Translations under genes and position numbers: made by a program | Shown: positions 42,393 to 52,667 of the stretch, in pieces | Layout: the number at the start of each line of letters is the position of its first letter | Numbering within the stretch: position 1 is the first letter of the stretch | The notes under the pieces: model-generated | Seen by the model: only the letters and a program-made list of their open reading frames with translations | What the model was told of the DNA's origin: nothing | The model's database searches: none | DNA from: Paramoeba atlantica | Taxonomy: Eukaryota; Protista; Discosea | DNA length: 64,000 bases | Assembly (NCBI GenBank): GCA_977017575.1 | Contig: CDRNVI010000074.1 | Location: 59,753-123,752 of the forward strand | Direction of reading: 5' to 3'

Positions 42393-42539
42393 GCACCCTT
42401 ATCTGTCATAAATGCACCCTTATCTGTCATAATGCACCCTTATCTGTCATACTGCACCCTTATCTGTCATACTGCACCCTTATCTGTCATATAAGCCGCA
42501 CCCTTATCTGTCATATAAGCCGCACCCTTATCTGTCATA
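42393..42539 (-). repeat. 20-bp minisatellite block in inverted orientation at the array edge
   Basis: (gcacccttatctgtcata(a/c)t)n is the reverse complement of the array minisatellite. Confidence 0.95.
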
Positions 42540-43120
42540 AACCGATTAAAAAAAGTCGACCCCTTAAAAAAAATTTCAAGGCCTAAAAATGATTTCAACC
42601 CCTAAAAAAAAATTCAACCCCTTCCAAAAATTTACAATTTTGCTACACAGTTAACGTAAAAAATAGGTAGCCTCAATTGTGGTCCCGGTGAGGCCCCGGA
42701 GTTGCGAGAGGCCTCCATACCCCACAACTACCACCTTCCCCCCCTATTTAGCTGCGGTCGCGCGAGCGACCCCTGATAAATGGGGGGAAGGTGGTAGTTG
42801 TTTTGGGGGAAATGAGAGGCCGAACGCACGGAGGGGCCGGCCGGGCCAATGAGTCACGTCAAAGTGTGACGCTGAGTTCGTGGGAAGCAATTTGCGAAGC
42901 CCTAGGTGATGCTCAGTTGTATTGGGCGACACCGAGACAAACCACGGAAATCCCAGATACGACAAGGTCTAGATATCATAAAGAGAGAAAAAACCGGAGC
43001 TGTAGACGCGAAAAAGAATGACAGAGATATAACAATGCGATATGCGACCGATGAGTTGAGTCGATGCGTGTGCTGACTCTACCTTCCACCGTCATTCACA
43101 GAAAATTAACAAAAAATGTA

Positions 43121-43289
43121 TTATGACAGATAAGGGTGCAGTATGACAGATAAGGGTGCGGCTTATATGACAGATAAGGGTGCAGTATGACAGATAAGGG
43201 TGCATTATGACAGATAAGGGTGCAGTATGACAGATAAGGGTGCATTATGACAGATAAGGGTGCGAGTTTCTATGACAGATAAGGGTGCG
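43121..43289 (+). repeat. 20-bp minisatellite TATGACAGATAAGGGTGCAG; also ~45807-46015, 53141-53309, 60453-60621, 62960-63148
   Basis: Exact 20-nt periodicity; copy number varies between units. Confidence 0.97.
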
Positions 43290-43896
43290 GGTGCCCCGGC
43301 TTCGAATACGCGGAACGCTTCTGACCACACCTTTGTCTGCGGGGGAAAACCTCCGAATGCGTTGTGGGTCGATCAGTAAACGGAAATCTTCCTTAGATGG
43401 GAGCTTACGTGTGTTAGGCTATCTGTTCGATACACCGCAGCAGCAAGGTGACACCTCTCGATGCCAGAGGATTCCGCTTCCTTGGTATGCAGACGTTACA
43501 TCCATCCCACCACCTGCTCCAGTAGCGTGGCACCGCACTTCCTGACGGGGAGTATGGGGATGTAAAGGCACCTATGCCATATCGATACTCCACAGAGTAT
43601 CGACCGTTCAGCGACCAGGCACTTTCCTCCAAGTTTCCCTGCTTTCTCAGGGGAGGCGACATCATTGAACAAGGGTAACCGCCTATTTTACATACATTCA
43701 TACATACAAAGACATCTATGCGCCCTGTATTATAAAGCCGTACGTAAAAATCACAGCGTCCCGAGGAGTCAATGCCGATTCGAAACGCAACTAGGCCCTT
43801 GAGGTGAGAGAGGCAAAGACGACATTGAAGAAAATCTCGTGAAACGTCGTGAAAGGTCGTCGAAACCTCACCACCTGATTCCTCTTGCATTTAAAA

Positions 43897-44015
43897 AGAG
43901 TACAACACTCAGGGTTCCCGAGCGATCGCTCACCTCAGTACTAACTGAGCCTGACGGTGCTTAACTTCACAAAGCGAACGGGATGTGGTGTTTTCACCGT
44001 AGTATGGTCGTACCC
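43897..44015 (-). rRNA. 5S rRNA
   Basis: 119 nt, GGGTACGACCATAC..ATCCCGTTCG..GAAGTTAAGC..GTTAGTACT..GTGTTGTACTCT ending in a T5 terminator; kinetoplastid-type ends. Confidence 0.97.
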
Positions 44016-44164
44016 GGCGTAACTTGTGAAATCCCCACTATGAAAGAAATATTTTCCACGACAATCTGCCTCATCCTGAGTGTCCCACAGAGGCGCTACT
44101 CACCATGTTTACGCTAGCGCAGTGGCTTCCGGGGTTTTTATCATTCGAAAAGGTCACACGGGCT

Positions 44165-44305
44165 GAGGATCGAACCTCCGTGCAAGTGTTTTGACATTCA
44201 GCACATGGCTACAGTTTGCCACGTGTTGCGAAAATTGACGGGGCGGGAATCGAACCAGGAGTTTGGTTCGTCAGTCTCAGAAAAGCACGCCCTGCCACTA
44301 GACAA
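44165..44305 (-). promoter_or_regulatory. tRNA-like Pol III A/B boxes between the divergent 5S and SL genes (present in each unit)
   Basis: Minus strand: TTGTCTAGTGG (44295-44305, A-box-like), GGTTCGATTCCC (44245-44256, B box), GGTTCGATCCTC (44165-44176, second B box); no acceptor stem. Confidence 0.6.
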
Positions 44306-44404
44306 GTTTCCAGGTTGCATTTTGGGCTAAGACTCGTGGAACAACAAGTTCATCAGTTTGACAAAAGCGAACAATGAGCTCTGGTGGTTGGTAAAGCCCT
44401 TGTT

Positions 44405-44510
44405 AACTTTAACGATAAAGATACAGTTTCTGTACCTTGTTGGTATGAGAAGCTTCGAACTCTAAGTTCGCTTGAAGGCCCTGGTTCCCGAGAAGGGAAC
44501 TGGGGCTTAT
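44405..44510 (+). ncRNA. Spliced-leader (mini-exon) RNA
   Basis: AACTTTAACGATAAAGATACAGTTTCTGTACCTTGTTG|GTATGAGAAGC: conserved ACAGTTTCTGTAC core and TG|GTATG donor, then hairpins CGAAC/GTTCG and CCCYGGTTCCC/GGGAACTGGGG. Confidence 0.92.
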
Positions 44511-44802
44511 TTGCGTTACAATAACTCTGTCACCAGGCAGTCTGACTCGCAAAATCGGACTCCACCGATAAATAGGCAGGATGGCATGTTCATTAACGTC
44601 TGAAAATCTGCGGCACCGCAATTTAAATCTGCACCCATCCTAACACATCACACAATATATCAACCAATCTTCTCGGTCATCCGCAATCCCGGTCAATGCC
44701 TCCTACAAAGATCTCAACGACACCTATAATCAGGCCAGCAATCGTGGAAAATTTGTGCAAATCCAATATATGCATGAACACCCTCACGGGTGGACCTTGT
44801 TT

Positions 44803-45333
<531 letters not shown>

Positions 45334-46619
45334 TACGGAACGTAAAAAATAGGTAGCCTCAATTGTGGTCCCGGTGAGGCCCCGGAGTTGCGAGAAGCCT
45401 CCATACCCCACAACTACCACCTTCCCCCCCTATTTAGCGGGGGTCGCGCAAGCGACCCCTGATAAATGGGGGGAAGGTGGTAGTTGTTTTGGGGGAAATG
45501 AGAGGCCGAACGCACGGAGGGGCCGGCCGGGCCATTGAGTCACGTCAAAGTGTGACGCTGAGTTCGTGGGAAGCAATTTGCGAAGCCCTAGGTGATGCTC
45601 AGTTGTATTGGGCGACACCGAGACAAACCACGGAAATCCCAGATACGACAAGGTCTAGATATCATAAAGAGAGAAAAAACCGGAGCTGTAGACGCGAAAA
45701 AGAATGACAGAGATATAACAATGCGATATGCGACCGATGAGTTGAGTCGATGCGTGTGCTGACTCTACCTTCCACCGTCATTCACAGAAAATTAACAAAA
45801 AATGTATTATGACAGATAAGGGTGCAGTATGACAGATAAGGGTGCGGCTTATATGACAGATAAGGGTGCAGTATGACAGATAAGGGTGCATTATGACAGA
45901 TAAGGGTGCAGTATGACAGATAAGGGTGCATTATGACAGATAAGGGTGCAGTATGACAGATAAGGGTGCATTATGACAGATAAGGGTGCGAGTTTCTATG
46001 ACAGATAAAGGTGCGGGTGCCCCGGCTTCGAATACGCGGAACGCTTCTGACCACACCTTTGTCTGCGGGGGAAAACCTCCGAATGCGTGGGTCGATCAGT
46101 AAACGGAAATCTTCCTTAGATTGGAGCTTACGTGTGTTAGGCTATCTGTTCGATACACCGCAGCAGCAAGGTGACACCTCTCGATGCCAGAGGATTCCGC
46201 TTCCTTGGTATGCAGACGTTACATCCATCCCACCACCTGCTCCAGTAGCGTGGCACCGCACTTCCTGACGGGGAGTATGGGGATGTAAAGGCACCTATGC
46301 CATATCGATACTCCACAGAGTATCGACCGTTCAGCGACCAGGCACTTTCCTCCAAGTTTCCCTGCTTTCTCAGGGGAGGCGACATCATTGAACAAGGGTA
46401 ACCGCCTGTTTTACATACATTCATACATACAAAGGCATCTATGCGCCCTGTATTATAAAGCCGTACGTAAAAATCACAGCGTCCCGAGGACTCAATGCCG
46501 ATTCGAAACGCAACTAGGCCCTTGAGGTGAGAGAGGCAAAGACGACACTGAAGAAAATCTCGTGAAACGTCGTGAAAGGTCGTCGAAACCTCACCACCTG
46601 ATTCCTCTTGCATTTAAAA

Positions 46620-46738
46620 AGAGTACAACACTCAGGGTTCCCGAGCGATCGCTCACCTCAGTACTAACTGAGCCTGACGGTGCTTAACTTCACAAAGCGA
46701 ACGGGATGTGGTGTTTTCACCGTAGTATGGTCGTACCC
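46620..46738 (-). rRNA. 5S rRNA
   Basis: Same as the copy at 43897-44015. Confidence 0.97.
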
Positions 46739-47127
46739 GGCGTAACTTGTGAAATCCCCACTATGAAAGAAATATTTTCCACGACAATCTGCCTCATCCT
46801 GAGTGTCCCACAGAGGCGCTACTCACCATGTTTACGCTATCGCAGTGGCTTCCGGGGTTTTTATCATTCGAAAAGGTCACACGGGCTGAGGATCGAACCT
46901 CCGTGCAAGTGTTTTGACATTCAGCACATGGCTACAGTTTGCCACGTGTTGCGAAAATTGACGGGGCGGGAATCGAACCAGGAGTTTGGTTCGTCAGTCT
47001 CAGAAAAGCACGCCCTGCCACTAGACAAGTTTCCAGGTTGCATTTTGGGCTAAGACTCGTGGAACAACAAGTTCATCAGTTTGACAAAAGCGAACAATGA
47101 GCTCTGGTGGTTGGTAAAGCCCTTGTT

Positions 47128-47233
47128 AACTTTAACGATAAAGATACAGTTTCTGTACCTTGTTGGTATGAGAAGCTTCGAACTCTAAGTTCGCTTGAAG
47201 GCCCCGGTTCCCGAGAAGGGAACTGGGGCTTAT
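47128..47233 (+). ncRNA. Spliced-leader RNA
   Basis: Same exon and donor as 44405. Confidence 0.92.
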
Positions 47234-47531
47234 TTGCGTTACAATAACTCTGTCACCAGGCAGTCTGACTCGCAAAATCGGACTCCACCGATAAATAGGC
47301 AGGATGGCATGTTCATTAACGTCTGAAAATCTGCGGCACCGCAATTTAAATCTGCACCCATCCTAACACATCACACAATATATCAACCAATCTTCTCGGT
47401 CATCCGCAATCCCGGTCAATGCCTCCTACAAAGATCTCAACGACACCTATAATCAGGCCAGCAATCGTGGAAAATTTGTGCAAATCCAATATATGCATGA
47501 ACCTTGTTGATTAAATAGGGGAATACCCCAA

Positions 47532-50500
47532 ATGAAACCATGTCGTCGTAAGCACAAGCGAGGAGGCAGAAGCCGGAAACGTCGAAAAGAGCGAGCTACC
47601 TTCTACGGCCGACAACGAAAGAGTCGTCGAAGGAATACAAACAATAGAGCTCCCATAAAATCCAAAAGTCCGCGTACCGATGATCCCGCGACTACCGAAA
47701 CTGAGAAAATATCACAGACCCCTGACAAGATTACGAGGCAAAGCAGAATCACCGTACACAAACGGCAAGCGCCAGCCAAAAAGAATGCACTTAAGAAAAC
47801 ATCGATCCGTCGTAAAAAAGGAAGAAAAGGTACTAGTCGAGCCGCCAGCCGACCAAGGAAAAAGAGTCGACCTCGAGGATTCACCGCCGGAACATATAAC
47901 GTGAGGACATGGAATGCAAAGCAACGTGACCCACAGGGAACCTGGATGGAGGGAGCTATATCAACCATTCGTATGGCGTCAATCGCTGGAATCGACCTCC
48001 TAGCCGTCCAGGAGTGCCGAATACCAGGAGTCGACAAAGTCGAAATCCCAGTTCAAAAAGGTGAAACATGGACGCTCATACACAGCGGTTGCAAGACTGG
48101 GAAACTCCAGAGAGGAGTTGGTTTCTTACTTAGTCCTAAGGCAAGTAAGGCGCTGATAAGCTTTGAAGGCGTATCAGATAGAATATTAACTGCAAGCTTT
48201 AAAATTGCCAACACCCGCAACATGTATGCAATCTCCGCATATGCGCCCACTGAAGATTCCCTATCCTGCGAAAAGAACGGTTTCTACGCAGATCTGGAGG
48301 ACGCCATGGCCAATAGACCCAACCAAGAAATTCCCCACATTTTCGGGGACTTCAACGCAGTAATAAAGAGCACCCCGCTACTGTTTCCCAACGTCGGATC
48401 AAACGCAACAGGAATCAAGACAAGTGACAACGGCCGCAGATTGGCCGAATTCTCAAAGATACATAGACTCATTTTGTCTAACACCTCACTGGAGCAGTCA
48501 AACGAAAATAGTCTCGGAGACCAAGCTTGGACCTGGAGACACCCTGCAGGGCTGACTCAGAACCAAATAGACTATATCTTAATACCTCTACATGTTCTAG
48601 GAGAAAACACAACAGTAATTTCGGAATTACCGTATGAGAGTGACCATCGCATAGTGTGTACAACACTGAGCTATCGACCGTCAACAAAGAAAAAGAACTC
48701 CCGCACTATAAATTGCATTGAACCACTGCGCGCAAACCCCTCAAAGCAGCAATTGTACCAGGAGCTAATGGGCGTAAAATTACAGCATCACTCACTGAGT
48801 GAGGATATAGAATCAGAATGGAGTGACCTAAAAATCGCTCTCTTAGAAACATCCAAGCAAGCATGCGCTAACACTTGTATCCAAACCAACCTCCCATGGA
48901 TGAATGACGAACTCTTACGAAAGATAGCAGAAAAACAAGACTCTCTATTGCGATACAAGTCGCATCATTCAACTTCTAAGGAAAAAGAGAAGGCACACCT
49001 TAATTATCGCTGCAAACGTCGAATAGCCTTTCGTTCTTTCAGGTTAGCAAAGCGTACCTACTTCGCCCAAAAGGTAAAGCAGATTGAGACTGTCAGGGCT
49101 GAGGGAAATCACCACAAGCTATTTAAACTAACAAAAGAATTGACAAAACTAACCTACCCACCAAATAACGATAAACCTGCAATTCGAAACAAAGATGAAA
49201 TGGTCTCTGACCCAGAGGCCAAAGCGCAAGCACTGGCCACTTCCTTTTCTAGGATATTTAACACACCAAACCCCCTATTTAATTTATCCAGAGTACAACA
49301 AGACCTAGAAGAACTAAAGTACCCTGCCATAGAGGACGATGTCCTTCGCATGGAAAAAGAAGAAAATAGTTATCCTCCAAACGAACTGGAAGTAGAACGC
49401 GCACTGTCTACACTAAAAAATAGGAAAGCACAAGGCCCAGACGGAATTTTCCCCGAACATCTCAAATATGCAGGAAAAGCCGCAATTATTTGGATGACAT
49501 GGATATTGAAACTTTGCTGGCAAAACTCCAAGGTTCCCAAAGAGTGGACGCACTCCCACATCATACCAATCTACAAAGGCGCAGCAAAAGGCAAAGCCTG
49601 CGATCCCGGATCCTACCGCCCAATTTCAATAATGAGCCCTGCAGCGAAAGCCCTATCTGGCATACTCACACATCGTATTGCAGCGCGCGTCGATGCTAGA
49701 CTTCTAGAAGCCCAAAATGGCTTCCGACATAATAGAGGTATAGACGATGCGATCTTCATACTCAGAAGAATCACGGAGGAAGTCAGGAGACACAAATCAC
49801 CGTTATATCTTGCCTACCTGGATCTCGAGAAGGCTTATGATACCTTACCACGAGAGGCAGTCTGGGCCACCCTTCAGAGTTTGAAAATTGAAGGACCATT
49901 ATTGGAACTAATTCGCGCACTATATAACACAACAACTGCAAGCGTCATGTTAAACGACGGCACGAAGAGTGAAAGCTTCGAAATACCTGGCGGCTTAAAA
50001 CAAGGCTGTCCAATGAGCTGCCTGCTATTCAAGGGTTATGATCATACGCTCGTGGCGCAGAGATGCGTCTCTCTGTGTGACGGCCGATACCATCGGCGCA
50101 TGACCCGCATACGACGGGTGTCACACAGAGAGTGGAGTGCGAGGTAGGAGACGAGACGCCCATCGGTCATGCTACAGCACGTATAGCCATGGTTCATGCT
50201 GCAACACGATCAAGCCGTGGGTTCATGCTGTCAGATGGTCTATCGTGGATCATGATGCATCATGGGGAGGTCCGTTACCGCCGCACTCGCTACAGCATGT
50301 AGGGAGAGAGGGGTGCAAGTTCGCATCCCCTATACACTCATACAACGTGTCCTCCCGCTGTAGCACGCCCAGTGGTCCTCAAGGGAGGCCACCATGGCGC
50401 ATAGCTCCCGGGAGAAGAAAGCACGAGAAGGAGAGAGCCGGGGAGGGAAGAAAGCTCACTCGAAGAGAGCGAGCCGGGGAGGGGTGAAGAGTGCGAAGTG

Positions 50501-51646
50501 CGTCCCCTACTTCCGCGACAAAGAGGGACAGTTTCAGCTAGCCGTCAGCCGGAAACGGGCATTTAAAAGTAAGAATACGCCCGTTTCCGGGAAAAGAAAG
50601 GAAGGGCTAGCAAAATGTACCAACAAGGTACAGAAAACAACATTTGATGCTGTACTCCGGAAAGCACTACAGATTAAAACTGCAGGCATCCGTGTCGAAT
50701 GGAGGATCCCAAAAGGAAGAGCTCAACGAGGCGATAAAGTAACCGGTACAGATGTTTTCGGACTCATAGCGTATGCGGATGACCTTGTTCTTTGGTCGGA
50801 CGAACAAACGGAACTGCAAAATACCTTAAACGCAGTAGTAGGGGTTATGAACCGATGGGGAATAAGGATAAACACAAGGAAAACTAAAACACAGGTAATT
50901 CAACCTTGCAAAGAGAAGAAACTATTGAACAAGTACGGAACTTCTCATACCTTGGAACAGTCATCAGTGAAGATGCTTCATTGGAAGAAGAAATAGAAAA
51001 CAGAATAAGAAGAGCTTGCGCAGGTATGAGAAAATTTAGAGACTTGTGGAAAGACAAGGCTATCACAAGGAAAACGAAAAGACTCATCCTGGAAGTCTGT
51101 ATAGTACCAATTCTACTATATGCGAGCTCAACGTGGGCGCTTACACCAACCCAGCATCTGAAACTCAACCGCGCCTATATAAGATACATCAAAACATCTT
51201 TCGGCATACCATGGGTCAAGAACGACAATAGCGCCTACAATGATAAACAGCACCAAGAATCTGCGAAGGATGCAATAAGATATACCTCCCAGAAGGAATG
51301 CCTATCGATCGCAGGAATGGACCCACTCCAGCCACAAATAGATGCCCGAAGTTTACTGTTTGCTGGACACGTCGCAAGAATGGGTCCAGATAGATTCCCG
51401 AACAGAGTGTTATTCGGCAAATATCGATCAACTCAAAATAGAGGAAATACATATAAACGAAGCCTGCCATGCTATAGTAGAAGCCTTGTAGCTGCACTGG
51501 AAAGAGTTGGGATAACAACAGATTGCTCATGGAAACTGAAAGCCCAGAATAAAAAAAGTTGGATAAAGATAATAGATGAATATAGAAAGAGCACGAAAAC
51601 CCAAACGTTAAACAAAGGTAATAAAAAATCATTCTCAAGGAACTAA
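47532..51646 (+). pseudogene. APE-RT ORF of LINE copy 1, interrupted and frameshifted
   Basis: APE: TYNVRT, LAVQEC, GVGFLL, SAYAPT, GDFNA, NQIDYIL, SDH. RT: SYRPISI, QNGFR, YLDLEKAYD, GLKQGCPMS, YADD, FAGHVARM. Confidence 0.85.
50031..50633. other. 603-bp structured insertion (X2) splitting RT copy 1
   Basis: Lies between codons TTC and AAA; four in-frame stops; homologous to X1; ends antisense to SL. Confidence 0.85.
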
Positions 51647-52529
51647 AACTGTGTGAACGCTAGACCCTGTAATGGATAGGCCTGAAATGCACCCTGAAGA
51701 TGAGCCCCTAAGGGGAACTTCATACCGCTTTTCGGGTTGGGTACCGCTCATCTGCGGCTTGCAACTGACCCATTAAAACGGGGTTAGGGTCAGAATTCGG
51801 AGAGATAGGAGCTCTTTGAAGCCGAAGTTTAGCCCGTTGAAGCTGAGGAGCCAAGGCCACTCGGGGGTATAACACCCTAGAAGACTTGGTCCATTGAAGC
51901 TGAGGAGTCTAAACTGTTGAAGCTGAGACTCAACGCTCCCGAACTATGCCAGCAAGCAGTAGTGGGCGGCTACTCCGGGGGAGGCCACTCTCGGTCCTGC
52001 GGAACATACTTATGTAGTCCTTGGATTTGCATGCTGTCCTTGGATTTGAATGTCTCAACCTGAAAGGGTTAAGATAGTTCAGCGGACAAGGTGGATGAAA
52101 ATCCACCTTTGAGTGATAGCCTCCCCCAAAGCTACCTCGGCTTACTCCGGGGAGGCAACATCCCCAATGGGATAGAAAGCCTAACAACATTCACATTCAA
52201 CATATGCATGAACACCCTCACGGGTGGACCTTGTTTATCATACGCTCATTGGCGCAGAGATATTCCCCTTAATGCGACGGTCGATATCATCGGCACATGA
52301 TCCGCCCACAACGGATGTCGCACCAAGGGGCATTTGGAACGATAACACGAGGCAGAGTCACGCACAGCGGTACTCAAGGGGAAGTCTCAAGGGAAAAAAG
52401 CTCACTCAAAGAGTGAGCCGGGGAGGGGTAATGGGAAGCGCGTCCCCTGCTTCACCGAAGAAAGAGGGGCAGTTTCGCCCTTACTGCCGGCCGGCAACGG
52501 GCATGTAACAGTAAGACTCTTCCCGGTGC

Positions 52530-52667
<138 letters not shown>

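Larger units (their letters stand above)
47503..52201 (+). mobile_element. RTE-like APE-RT non-LTR retrotransposon, copy 1 (603-bp insert in RT; 34-bp deletion near 50913)
   Basis: TSD ATATGCATGAAC at 47491-47502 and 52202-52213; APE and RT motifs; 3' end aacaacattcacattcaac. Confidence 0.93.

Noticed and set aside
43021-43027. U6 snRNA (ACAGAGA box)
   Set aside because: The flanking U6 sequence (AGAUUAGC and the internal stem-loop) is absent
43121-43289. Telomeric repeat (TAAGGG inside the minisatellite)
   Set aside because: One hexamer per 20-bp unit, not TTAGGG tandem repeats
44230-44315. Functional tRNA gene on the minus strand
   Set aside because: A and B boxes are present but the acceptor, anticodon and T stems do not pair; kept only as a tRNA-like promoter element
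44667-44676. U2 snRNA 5' end (ATCTTCTCGG)
   Set aside because: Only a 10-nt match, with no branch-point-pairing region or Sm site following
50031-50633. Intein or in-frame domain insertion (length is a multiple of 3)
   Set aside because: Four in-frame stops of two types (TAG, TGA); housekeeping genes show the standard code, so stop reassignment is not supported
50031-50633. Canonical spliceosomal, group II or group I intron
   Set aside because: No frame-restoring GT..AG pair; no GUGYG/AY ends; GAGCCGGGGAGGGG.. pairs only poorly as domain V; no P/Q/R/S core recognised
51690-51930. Hammerhead ribozyme in the LINE 3' UTR (CTGAAGA and CTGAGGA cores)
   Set aside because: No GAAA follows a stem II, so the core is incomplete
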